The position numbers and the translations under genes are program-made. Of a stretch of DNA of 64,000 bases, positions 46,025 to 57,352 are shown one piece after another; the stretch's first letter is position 1; the number at the start of each line of letters is the position of its first letter. This DNA comes from Rebecca billardiae RCC1528 (Eukaryota > Protista > Haptophyta). The stretch is from the NCBI GenBank assembly GCA_965240325.2, contig OZ251233.1:1054001-1118000 (forward strand). The letters are read 5' to 3'. The notes below the pieces were generated by a model. The model saw only the letters and a program-made list of their open reading frames with translations. It was not told the DNA's origin and did not search any database.

Positions 46025-49000
46025 ATGGCGCCCACGCCGCAGCAGGTCGGCGCCGGCGCGGGCTTCGGCATAGATCGCGCGCGCGCGCCCGCCGCACCGA
46101 GCCGCGCCGCCCCGCTCGCGCCCTCCTCGCCCGGCGCGCGCGGCTCGGCCGGCTCGGCCGACGAGTCGAGCGGGTCGCCGCCCGGCTCGCACGCGCCCGC
46201 GAGCGTGCCGGCGCGCTGGGTGCGCTCACCGGCGTCGGCGCACGTCGCGTCGGCGCGGAGAACCCGGCGCAACACCGCGCCCGGCGAGGAGGCGCCGCGG
46301 CTCGGCGGCTCGGCGATGGCGTGGGCGCACCGCCGCCTCTCGTTCGGGCGCGAGCCCGGCTCGCCGCCGCGCGGCGCGGCGCCGCCGCGCGGCGCGGAGC
46401 TCGCGCGCGGCGGCGAGGAGGAGGCGAGCGAGCCGTCGACGCCGACCACGCCCATGCCCATGCGCGAGCTCGCGCGCAAGCTGCACGCGACGGGCGTCGA
46501 CCTGCGCTCGGTCGCGAAGCTCCGGCTCGGCATCCGCCGGCTGACGGCGGCGGACATGGCGGGCATCGAGGCGGTGCTCGCGTCGAACGGCGGCGTGCGC
46601 GTGCTCGACCTGCACGGGAACGAGCTCGTGGACGACGGCGTCATCGCGCTGTGCGCCGCGCTGCGCGGCTCGCGCTCCGCCGTCGCCACGCTCCGGCTGG
46701 GCGCGAACGGCGTCGGCGACCGCGGCTGCACGGCGCTTGGTCGCCTGCTGCACCGCAACACGACGCTGCGGACGCTCGAGGCGGGCGCGAACGGGATCGG
46801 CGAGCGCGGCGCGATGGAGCTCGGCGCCGCGCTCGAGTCGAGCTGCGCGCTCACCTCGCTCGACCTCTCGGCGAACCGCGTGCGCGACGCCGGCGCCGCC
46901 GCGCTCGCGCGCGCGCTGCTGCTCAACAGCTCACTGCGCCGGCTGCGGCTCGGCGCCAACGGCGTGACGGACGTGGGCGCACTCGAGCTCGGCGCCGCGC
47001 TGGGCGGCGGCGGGAACAGCAGCCTCGAGACGCTCGACCTGCGCGCGAACCTGATCGAGGACGCCGGCTGCGCCGCGCTCGCCGACGCGCTGCGCGACCC
47101 GGGCTGCGCGCTCACCAAGCTCGAGCTCTCGGCCAATTGCATCGGCGACGCCGGCTGCGAGGCGATGGCGGCAGCGCTCGGCGAGTCGCGCCGGCTGCGG
47201 CGGCTCGGGCTCGGCGCGAACGGCAGCGCGACGCGGGGCGGCGAGTTCTGGCTGCGCCTCGCGCTCTTCCGCGCGGCCGACGCGCTCGAGGCGCTCTCGC
47301 TCCCGCTCGCCGGACCCGTCGACGCCGCCGTGCTCGAGCTGTACCGCACGGCCGCGCCGACGCCGCCGACGCCGACGCCGCCGCCTCTTGAGACGACGCC
47401 GACGCCCGCCTCGCAGCCGCCGCCGCACGCCGCCGCAAACGCCGCCGCGGACGGCGCCGACGGCGCCGCCGCCGAGCCGCGCGCGGTCGTGGACAAGGCG
47501 CTCCTCGGCCGCGAGGCGCAGCTCTGGGCCGAGGGCGTCGGCGCGCTCGGCGACGAGCGGCAGCAAGAGGCCGCGGCGCGGCTGCTGGCTTACTCGGCCG
47601 CGCGCGCGCCGCGGCACTGCGTGCGCTTCGCCGTCGAGGTGGCCATCGCCTCGCGCGCGCTCGCGCGGCGCACGCGGATGGCGGACGCGGACGCGTCAGA
47701 GTCGCACGACGTCGCTTCGAGACTCGTGCAGCTCGCGCTCGGCGGCGTGCTCGCCGCGACCCGCCCCGAGCTCGACCCGAGCGTGCGCGACACGTGGCGC
47801 GCGTTCGAGCGCGCAGTCGAGGTACGCGGCGCGCGCGTCTGCGCGCGCGCGCGCCCTGAGCCGCGCCAGCGGCCTGGAGCGCGTGAGGCTCGTCGTGACC
47901 GGCCGCGCGCGCCGCCGTGCCCCGCCCCCGTGTGTATTGTTTAAATATTATTTGTGTTTTCGGTACGCGCGCGCAGGGCTCGTGCACTGTGGCGCTTGCG
48001 CTGCCTGCGGTGCAACAGGCGCATGAGCGGCTACTGACGGGCTCGCTCGGCGAGGCCGCGCGCTGGGCGGGCCGGTGCGCGCGCTCCGAGCGGCCGCGCG
48101 CGGCCGACGCGTGCGTCCTCCTCATCCTCTGCGTCGCCCAGCTCGTCACGCAGCCGCTCGCGTTCGTGGCTCTCGCAGTGTGGCCGGACGCGCGGCCGCG
48201 GCTCGAGCGCGCCCTTGGCCGGCGCGCGTACCTCGAGAGGATCGGCGCCCTCGCGCGCTGGCTCACGGGCGAGGAGCCGAGCGGTCTGCCGGAGGGCCAC
48301 GCGCTGTGGGTCGCCGACCCGATCGTGCGCATCGGCGCGGACGTGCTCGCGTCGATCGGGCTGGTGCTCGTGTGCGTGCGGTTGCCGCAGCCGCCCGCGG
48401 CGCACGGCTCAGTGTGGGGAGCGCTTGACGCGGCCGCGCGCGCGCTCTGGCGCGCCGACGCGCTCGGCGGCGGCACTGCCGAGGGGGCCGAGGGCGCGCC
48501 CTCGCCCGCTGCGGACGTCCTTCTGACGCTGCTCGCTCTCGGCACCGCCGTGGGCTCCCTCTGCGTCGAGCTCGAGGAGCTGGTTAGAGACGGGCTGTTT
48601 CGCCAGCCGGCGCGCGCCGTGCGAGGTTACTTGGTGGACGAGTTCAACTGGTTTGATTCCGTCGGGATCGGGCTCGCCGTGAGCGCGCTGCTGGTGCGGC
48701 TGGCCGCGCTGGGCGCGCGCGAGGACGCGGGCGGAAGCGCCGACGACTGGTCGGCGTGGGCGGCGGCGGCGGCGGAGGAGGAGGAGGAGGGCGGGGAGCC
48801 CCGCCTGGCGTCGGTGTCGCGCGCACTCCTCTCCGCCGCCGTGTTGCTACTGACCCTCCGCCCGATGCGCGCCCTCTACCTCACAAACGCCCTCGGCCCG
48901 CTGCTGCTGATGGTGTTCCGGATGGTGCAAGACGTGCTGCGGCTCTGCGCGCTCGCGCTGCCCATGGTCGCCGCGTTCGGCTGCGCGCTGCACGTGCTCT

Positions 49001-51024
49001 TCAAGGGGCTGCCCGGCTCGCGCGGCGCGGCGGGCGCGCCGGCATACGCGTGCGCGGACGTGGATGAGCGCGCGCTCGCCGAGGGTGACTACCGCGCCTC
49101 CGTGCCCGGCGCGATGACCGGCCTCGCCGAGATGTTCGTCGGCGCGAAGGAGGCGCCGTGGGTGTGCATGCGCACGAGTCAGGCCGGCGCGCTCGCGTGG
49201 TGGCTGCAGGCGGGGTACGCGCTGCTGATGACGGTGCTGCTCCTCAACGTCCTCATCGCGGCGATGGCCAAGAGTGCGCCGCGACCGCCGACCCGCCGCA
49301 ACCGCCGACCCGCCGCGACCGCCTTGCCCGCCGCGACCGCCGCACCCACCAGGGGAGAGAGGGAGTTAGGGTTAGGGGTTAGGGTTGGGCGAGGCACCGC
49401 GGCCCCTGGGCTAGCGCAGCGGCGCCTATCCGGTCCAGGGGAGAGCGGAACGCGCAGCACCCGCGGCCGTGCGCCCGCCCCGCGCCAGGCCGGCCACGCC
49501 GCCCAAGCGCGATCCGACGCCGACGGCGCGCGCCCGCCCCGTGGCCCACGCCCCGCCCTGCGCCGCGCGCGCTCGGCGTCGCCAGCGTTCGAGCTCATCC
49601 ACGAGTCCCTCGACATGAACGCGATCTACGTGCGCGCCAAGCTCATCCAGGCGAGCACAAGGCTCCCGGTCGCGCCGCCGCCGCTCAATCTCATCTCGCT
49701 GCCGTGCCGCGCCGCGCTCGCGCTCGCGCGCGGCACGCCCGCCGCGCCGCGCCGGCTGGCGGCCGCGGCCGTCGGCGCGTGGCGAGCCGCGCGGCGGCCC
49801 GCGCGGCGCTCAGCGCCGTCGGCGGGCGCGCACGTCACGCCGGATTCGTCCGTCGAGCCCTCGCAGCTGCCCTCGCTCCAGCCCTCCTCGCGCGCGACGC
49901 CTCGAGCTGCGCGCGGCGGCGCGCCGGGCGACGCGGCCGGCGCGGCCGCGGCGGGCGACGCGGCGGCCGCGCCCGCCGCGCCCGCCGAGCGGACTCCGGT
50001 CGTGGCGATCGACGCGGCGTCCATGTCCACGCGCGTGCCGCCGGGCACGCGGCTCACCGCGCTCGCGTTGCCGATCGGCGGCGGCGCGCGCGCGCTCTCT
50101 GACACGCCGCCGCCCGGCTGGGAGGCGCGCGAGGCCGGCGCGCCGCGCGCCGAGCATCCGGGATGGGCGGCGGCGGCGCCGCGCGGCCCGACCCGTGATG
50201 ATGAGCGCGCGTGGTCGGATGAGGAGCCCTCAGAGCCGCCGAGCTCGGCGCCTGGCCTCGAGCTGTCCGAGCCGCCCGGCTCGCGCGCGAGCCCCGCCGC
50301 CGCGCGCCGCGCCGCCACCGCCGCGCTCAAGCCCGCCGACGCGGCCGCGAGCGCAATCGGCGCGTGGCGGCGCGCGGCGCGCGAGCGCGAGGCCCTGGCG
50401 CGCGCGGTGCTCGGCTTTGTGGCGGCACACCTGGCCGACGCGGACGTGGGCGAGCGCTGGCGCAAGACGACGTCGAGGCGCGTGCTCGAGCTGCGCGGCA
50501 CGCTCGAGGCGCTGCGGCATGAGGTCGCCGGCCTCGCGCGCGCAACGCAGCTCGCAGCGCGCGCCGAGCCGCGCCGGCCGGGCGCTCCGGCGGCGGGCGG
50601 CGCCGAGCTCGAGCGCGCGGATGAGGGCGAGTCGGACGCGGCGCGGCGCGCGCGCGCGCTCGCGCCGCTCGGTGGCGGTGCCGCCGACGCGCCGAGCGCG
50701 CGCCGAGCGCGGCGCTCCAGCCGCAGCGCGCAGCTGGGCGCGCGCGCGCTCGGCGCGCGCGCGCTGCGCCTCTCCGCGGGCGCGGCGGTGCCGGCCGACG
50801 CCGAGCTGGACGACGAGCTCGGCGCCGCGCGGCCGCTGGGAGAGCGCCGGCTCCGACGGCAGTCGACGGGCGGCGCGAGCAGCGCCGCGAGCCACTCGAG
50901 CGACGACGAGCGCGGCGGTGGGCGTGGCGCCGCCGCCGGATCGCCGCTGGTGTCGTCCGCGGCCGCCTTCCCGCGCGCGCAGACCTTCGCCTCGGGCGAC
51001 TTCCGCGCGCTGCGCCGCTGGTAG
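46025..51024 (+). CDS. Ribonuclease-inhibitor-type LRR domain fused to a TRP-like cation channel; introns 47822-47976 and 49274-49585
   Basis: About eight 28-aa LxxLxLxxNxIGDxGxxxL repeats. A phase-0 GT..AG intron joins AVE|GSCTVALALPAVQQ (pre-S1-like). The channel region has YLVDEFNWFD (S2-S3) and LRPMRALYLTNALGPLLLMVFRMVQDV (S4-S5). The second splice gives LLNVLIAAMAKTFELIHES...YVRAKLI (S6/TRP helix). Confidence 0.8.
49366..49389 (+). repeat. Interstitial telomere-like (TTAGGG)n remnant inside an intron
   Basis: ttaggg ttagggg ttaggg ttggg. Confidence 0.6.
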
Positions 51025-51738
51025 TCGTGACTACGACATATATACGACCGCGCGTGAATTTATTGTGATATGACGACGATGATGACGAGTAGCAGTACTG
51101 TACAGTAGTCTGCCTCCGGGCGGAAATAAGCGCGGTAGTACGTCACGCAACGCGTGACTATATTGCCGATCAGCATGCTGATGCCACTATTATTAGTATT
51201 ACTGCTATGTCATGGTATAGTAGACGTAGTCGTCCTGGCAGACGACGCGTATAACCCGTCCCGACACTCCCGACCGGCAGGCGGCCCCGGGGCCCGCGGT
51301 AACCCGCGCTGCTCATCAATGCGACACGATTCAAATTTTATAGCAGCTGCGCGCTGCTGCGCTACGACTATACGTACGCGTTAACCACTACTCGGCTGTC
51401 ACTCATGTCTCATCCGTCATCGGCACTCACCGGGACCCAGCCCGGCGGCCTGCTGCCAGCCCGGTCCCGGACGCGAGTGATATTCGGAGACTTGTCCTGC
51501 CGCCACCAATATGGCATCATGCATCATCGTCATCGTCGTCATATAGCTTACATCATCAAGCAGCTGATGACCCGCCAGGAATAAGTCTGAGCGCATCATC
51601 AGCATCATCGATCCTGCGATAGCTATGTGAGCAGATGAGTATCTGACGACGCGTCTGGTCTGATGAGTCTCGCCACTCTCGCGCGGGACTGGCGACACTC
51701 ACCACGCCTCGCCGTCGATCACGCGATGATGAGGACGC

Positions 51739-53877
51739 TCAGCACTCGGCGAACAGGAGGTGCGCCTTGTCGAAGTGAGCGTGACGACTGCCGCGCCGTC
51801 GGGTGGCGAGGCCGGCGCCACGATCGTCGTCCGCGCCGCCGCCGCCGAGAAAGTCGCCGACGTCAGCGAGGGTGGTAGCGCGCGGCTCGCGCAGGCGGCG
51901 CAGCTGCGCCTCGTCGAAGACGCGGCAGCGCCGCGCCTCGGCGGACGGCACCAGCTGCGCCGCGCGAGCGTCCCACACGTCGCGGCTCACGAGCACCGCC
52001 GCGTGCGAGAGCACAATCTCGTGCGCACCCCGCGAGATCGCGATCTCGCGCGCGCCCGGCTCGAGCGCGGGTGCGCGCGCGCTGCCGGCGCGTGGGTCGA
52101 TGGCGTCGGGGCCGGCGCGCGCGCCGCGCGCCGCCGCGTCGAGCCCGCCCTCGGCGTTGCCGCGCAGCACGTTCGCGCGCACCTCGACGTACCCGTCGTG
52201 CTGCACGAGCAGCCCGGGCCCGCCGTTCGCCTCGAGCGCGCTCGCCTGCAGCGTGAGCGCGCCGTGCTCGATCACTGCGACGCCCGCGTGCGCATTGCCG
52301 CGCACTGCCGAGCGTGCCAGCACCTTGGTGGGCGCGGTGACGAGCGCGCGCTGCGCGCCGGGCGCGCTGTGCGCGAGCTCGAGCGGCATCCCGCCGCCCG
52401 GCGGCCTCGCGCGCAAGTTCGCGTCGCGCACCACCAGCCCCATCTGCCCGTTGGCCGTGAGCTCCGAGCGCGTGACGATCGCGCAGCACGGTCCGACCAG
52501 CTTTGCGCCCGCGCGCGCGTTCGCGAAGAGGACGCAACGGTCGAGCGAGGCGTACGCGTGCTCGTGCACGCTGAGGCCGCAGTGCGCCGCGCGCGCGAGC
52601 GCGCAGTGCGTGAGCGCCACCTCGGCGTGCTGCTTCACCGTCACCGCCGACGCGTGCTCCGCGCCGCGGAAGCAGCACGCGCGCGCCGACACGCAGCCGT
52701 GCCCGACCGCGCAGAGCGGCGCGCGGCGCAGGTCGACGTCGTCGAGCTCGAGGCGTGCGCCGTTGCCGACGCCGCCCTTCACGACGACGGCGAACGGCGC
52801 CGCCGCGTACGCCGCGCCCACCGGCACGCCGCCCGCCCACGCCGCCGCGCCCGCCGCCGGCGCGTACTCGAGCGCAAGGTTGACGAACCGCGCTCGGCAG
52901 TTGCGCCGCACGATGATTGGGTGCGCGAGGAGAAGCACGGGCGGCGCGGGCGCCGGGAGGCCGAGGATGCGCAGCGTGAGCGCGGGGTCCTCGAGCAGCA
53001 GCGGCGCGTCGGCGCTCGCCTGGTGCACGCAGCCCCCCGCCAGCTCCACCGTCACCTGCGAGCGCCGGCCCGCGTCTGCCGCGCGCGCGCCGTCGGCCGC
53101 GGCCGCCTCACGGCTCGCGCGCACGTGCGCCAGCGCGTGCGCAAGCGTCGCGAAGCGGCGCGGGCCGAGCGCCTCGCCCGGCGCGACGACGCGCAGCGTG
53201 ACGCTCGGCTCGTCCTCCGACCAAAGCTCGTGTAGCCGTCGCCCGCTCGCGGCGAAGTGCGCCGCGCGGAGCATCGCCGCGGGCGTCGGCCTGAAGTCGT
53301 GCCAACGGTCGCAGTGCGCGTCGGCCGAGGCCTTGCGGAGGACCTGCGCGCGCCACGGCGCCGAGCTCGCAAAGGGCTCCGGCAGCGGGGAGGCACACGG
53401 AGGCTCCACGCCGACTGCCTCGGCCCACCAGCCCATCGGCCGCCACGGCCGCCGCTCGAAGTAGGCGCGCCACAGCCCGTCGTCGCGCAGCAGCCGCTGC
53501 AGCGAACGGCTGACGGCGCGCAGCGCGACGAAGGCCCCGGGCTCGTCCACGGCAAGCGCGATGCGCGCGATGAGCTCCTCCGGGAGGCCCAAGAGCGTGA
53601 CCTCCGAGCTCGCCAGCACCGTCGCCGGCCCAGCGACCGGTGAGCGCATGAGGCGGGGCGAGGGCCAAAATGCAACGCGCGGGGGTGAGCGCAACACCGA
53701 CCGACCGCCCTTGTTGCGCAAGCGGTTGGGTTGGGTCGGGCGGGCGCCGTCTTGGACGGCTGCGTTCGAGGCGCTCTCGTCGCCGAAACCGGCGGCCGCC
53801 GGACTGCGCAGAATTCCTGGCGGCGGCGGCGGCGGGTGCTCCGCCATCAAACCTTCGGCTGCTTCGCAAAAGTTCAT
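51739..53877 (-). CDS. F-box protein with right-handed parallel beta-helix (FBXO10/11-like architecture)
   Basis: F-box LLGLPEELIARIA...LRAVSRSLQRLLRDDGLWRAYF, followed by PbH1-like repeats (ANARAGAKL, ANGQMGLVV, GNAHAGVAV, ANGGPGLLV, GNAEGGL). The start is uncertain (ATGs at 53955, 53877, 53847). Confidence 0.82.
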   Translation of the reverse strand: MNFCEAAEGLMAEHPPPPPPGILRSPAAAGFGDESASNAAVQDGARPTQPNRLRNKGGRSVLRSPPRVAFWPSPRLMRSPVAGPATVLASSEVTLLGLPEELIARIALAVDEPGAFVALRAVSRSLQRLLRDDGLWRAYFERRPWRPMGWWAEAVGVEPPCASPLPEPFASSAPWRAQVLRKASADAHCDRWHDFRPTPAAMLRAAHFAASGRRLHELWSEDEPSVTLRVVAPGEALGPRRFATLAHALAHVRASREAAAADGARAADAGRRSQVTVELAGGCVHQASADAPLLLEDPALTLRILGLPAPAPPVLLLAHPIIVRRNCRARFVNLALEYAPAAGAAAWAGGVPVGAAYAAAPFAVVVKGGVGNGARLELDDVDLRRAPLCAVGHGCVSARACCFRGAEHASAVTVKQHAEVALTHCALARAAHCGLSVHEHAYASLDRCVLFANARAGAKLVGPCCAIVTRSELTANGQMGLVVRDANLRARPPGGGMPLELAHSAPGAQRALVTAPTKVLARSAVRGNAHAGVAVIEHGALTLQASALEANGGPGLLVQHDGYVEVRANVLRGNAEGGLDAAARGARAGPDAIDPRAGSARAPALEPGAREIAISRGAHEIVLSHAAVLVSRDVWDARAAQLVPSAEARRCRVFDEAQLRRLREPRATTLADVGDFLGGGGADDDRGAGLATRRRGSRHAHFDKAHLLFAEC

Positions 53878-55420
53878 GCTCGGAAGTCCCACAGCGGGAC
53901 TTCTCCGGGCCTGCGGTACTCGCCAGTGAAAACCTCCCGCGCCCCTCGAGATCATACGGAGTTGGCGGCGAGATCGCGCTCTTGCGGCGGGCGGCGGGCG
54001 GGAGCGCGCGCCGTCGCTCGCTCGCGCGCTCGCTGCCCGCAGCGCGCGCGTCAGGTCGTCGCGAGCGCTTGCGCACCGGCACTAGGGCGCGTGCCACCTG
54101 CGCACGCCGCTGCTTCGCGCCTGCGCGCTCTGCTCCGCCGCTGCGGCGCTTGCGAGCGCTCGCCGTGTCCTGCGCTGGTTCCGGGCCGCGTCGAAAGCCT
54201 GGTTGTGCGGCCAGCCAAGTGTGGCGTTTGCGGCTTGGCGCGCGAGCGCGCGACGCAGCGGATGGCGCGTGCGAGCCGCCCGGCCAGCTACACTCGCCTC
54301 GTGCGCCGCGTGCCGACCGCGAGACCCAGATTCGACGCCGAGCGCTGCTCGGTCACGGTGAGACGGGTCGGCGCTCCGCATCGCAGAGCCGCGCGTGGTC
54401 GCGCAGAAGAGGCCGCGCGTGGCCGGCGCGGCCGCTGTGTGCCGTGGTCTAGACTTCAATCGCGTCCTCAGTTGCTTGCCTTGCCCAAGCGGTCACGCCG
54501 CACTCACGAGTGGGCGACTTGACCTGACTCTGCGTGCCGGGCCGTATCTCGTGCCGCCAGCAGTGGGCTCGAACAAATCCATCCTACTCCATTGGTAGAC
54601 GGCTTCAAGAACTCGATGGTTATGGTCTGGTAGCGCGCTGATGACACGTGCACGATCTCCGTGAGCGCAGCTCTTCCACGCAAGGGCTTATGTGGCTACG
54701 ATCGGTGACGGCGTGACCTCGAGACACCTTCCGGAATCCACCTCACGTGTCACGCGCTGTGTACGGGCAGAAGATGAGTGACCGCTTGGGCGAGGCAAGC
54801 GTTCTCACCTACTGCGGACGCGATTGAAGTCTAGACCACGGCACACAGCGGCCGCGCCGGCCACGCGCGGCCTCTTCTGCGCGACCACGCGCGGCTCTGC
54901 GATGCGGAGCGCCGACCCGTCTCACCGTGACCGAGCAGCGCTCGGCGTCGAATCTGGGTCTCGCGGTCGGCACGCGGCGCACGAGGCGAGTGACGCTGGC
55001 TGGACGGCTCGCACGCGCCATCCGCTGCGTCGCGCGCTCGCGCGCCAAGCCGCAAACGCCACACTTGGCTGGCCGCACAACCAGGCTTTCGACGCGGCCC
55101 GGAACCAGCGCAGGACACGGCGAGCGCTCGCAAGCGCCGCAGCGGCGGAGCAGAGCGCGCAGGCGCGAAGCAGCGGCGTGCGCAGGTGGCACGCGCCCTA
55201 GCGCCGGTGCGCAAGCGCTCGCGACGACCTGACGCGCGCGCTGCGGGCAGCGAGCGCGCGAGCGAGCGACGGCGCGCGCTCCCGCCCGCCGCCCGCCGCA
55301 AGAGCGCGATCTCGCCGCCAACTCCGTACAGATCTCGAGGGGCGCGGCCCGCGCGGGAGGTTTTCACTGGCGAGTACCGCAGGCCCGGAGAAGTCCCGCT
55401 GTGGGACTTCCGAGCATGAA
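53873..55420. repeat. Long inverted repeat (arms about 53873-54496 and 54778-55420; spacer about 280 bp) covering the F-box gene 5' region
   Basis: The arms are highly similar reverse complements, and identical shadow ORFs appear on both strands (e.g. MKSRPRHTAAAP at 54082- and 54824+). Confidence 0.92.
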
Positions 55421-55789
55421 AGTGATGAGTCTCACCGACACCAGCCCGCGCGGCTGGTCGTCGCCGTCAGTCGGGAGGAGCGGCGCACGCGTCATCGGCC
55501 GGCAACTTGTGATAGATCTGCTGTGTAAAGTCATCTAGTTACCATAAAGCGGCAGTACTGCCCAGTACGATCTGAGCGGCCCCATGCGGCCCCGCTCGCA
55601 GCCGCCGCCCACCTAACCGTCTGACAAAGTCGCCAGGCATTCAGCTAGGCGCGCTGGCAACCCGGAGCGTCGTCGTCGCAGCGGCCGTGGGCGGGGCGCG
55701 CGCGCGCGCGGCAGCAGCTCGACTCCAGCGCAGCAGCTGGCGTGCGCGCGCCGCTGCCCCCGCCCGTCCCCACCGTCGGCCCCGCCCTA

Positions 55790-57059
55790 CTACTTCTTCG
55801 CCTCGAACGGCACGCCGAGCTCCAGCAGCTTCTTGAACGCCTTGGCAAAGTCCTTGAAGAACAATTTCTCGTCGGCGGCGTATTTCTCGACCCACGGCTT
55901 GAACTTGGGGTCCCAGATGAGGGCGAGGTCGGAGGGCAGCATCATCAGCTCGCCGGTGGGGTCCTCGTACTGCATCGGCCCCTTCCAGGGCTTCCCCTCG
56001 TGCGTCTTCTTCGGCGTCCACGTGTTCTCCAGCATCTCGCGGTAGTACTCGCTCGAGAGCGTCGTCTCGGCGCGTGTCCACGGGCCCCTGCGGGCGGCAG
56101 AGCAGAGGAGTGCGCGCGCGCGCAGAGTCGGGCAAGTCGCGGTCGCACGCGGGAGCGGGCGAGCGCGCGCGCGCGGCGCGGGTGTGTGCGTGCGCGCGTG
56201 CGGGGGCGGGCGAGGCGCGAGGGCGGTGAGGCGATGGCCGCCCGCCGACGCGGTCCGGCGCCGGCCGGCGCCGCGCCGCCGGCGCGCGCGGGGTGCGCGC
56301 GCACGCGCGCACGCACCAGTAGCCGGAGCGGTCCGTGTGGCAGCGGCCGAGCGCGTGCGCACCGCTGAGCGCGACGATCTCCTGGTCGTTGAAGCCCATG
56401 CGGTAGAAGATGTCCCGGATGTGCTGCGCCGTCGCGCCCTTGCCGTGGTCCCCCGCGTCCGCGCCGGGCAACCGGCCGTCCGGCGTGAAGCGCTTGTCCT
56501 CGGCCGGCGCCATCGGCTTCGGCGCGTCCGTGCGGCCCGGGCGGAAGCCGACGTTGGGGCCGCCGCACGCCTCGACGGCGATGACGCCCGCGTACACGTA
56601 CAGGTCCGCGTAGCTCACGTTCGGGTGCTTGCGCTTGATCGGCTCGAGCAGCGCGCGCGCGTGGTGAAGCCCAGCGTTGCCGCCATGCTCCGACTCGGGC
56701 TTGAAGCGCATCGTCGCGCCGTCCGAGCCGCCCGTCCCCGTCTTCACGTCGTACGTGCCGGCGCAGTGCCACGCGAGACGCACCATCATCGGCGCCACCG
56801 CGCCGCCGCCGCCATTCGACGCGCCGTCCACCGAAGGGTTTGGCGCGGAGTCGGAGTCCATCAGCTCCATCAGGTCGTCGCGCAGTTTGTACCAGTTCAC
56901 CTCGCCCTTCGCGGCCTTGCACGCGCTCGGCGTGGAGGCGGCGAGCGCGGCGGCCGAGACCGTCGTGCCCGCCGCCGCGGCCGCCGCCACGCGCGGCGAC
57001 GCCGCCACGCGGCGCGCGAACGACGATGCGACACGCCCGAGGGTGAAGACGCGGAACAT
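55790..57059 (-). CDS. Class I heme peroxidase, cytochrome c peroxidase type, probably mitochondrial; intron 56088-56316
   Basis: Distal [24 protein letters not shown], proximal [11 protein letters not shown]. Splicing gives SGYWGPWT (CcP radical Trp), followed by LMMLPSD and [12 protein letters not shown]. The presequence is R/S/A-rich and free of acidic residues. Confidence 0.92.
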
Positions 57060-57352
57060 CGTGTGCGCGATGAGCCGGCCGCGAACACGTACTTACTTGA
57101 CTGATGAGAGGGGGTCGAGATACATACGACGAAGGCGAGATTTCAGACTGCTCCCGAGTTCAGACTTCAGACTTCCGAGACTCGTGGCTGCCCAGCGCCC
57201 TGGCAGCCGTCCAGCGTGAGACATTCACACCAAGGAAGTCTCAACGTACAGTCGTAGACTGGCACCGGCCTGTAGTCATAGACTGCCGGCGGCCCCGACT
57301 CCCAGGCGAAGCCTCCGACTGCGCGGAACGGCAGCTGATGCCCAGTCACTAC

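Noticed and set aside
49366-49389. Chromosome end
   Set aside because: Only about four imperfect units, located inside an intron of an intact gene.
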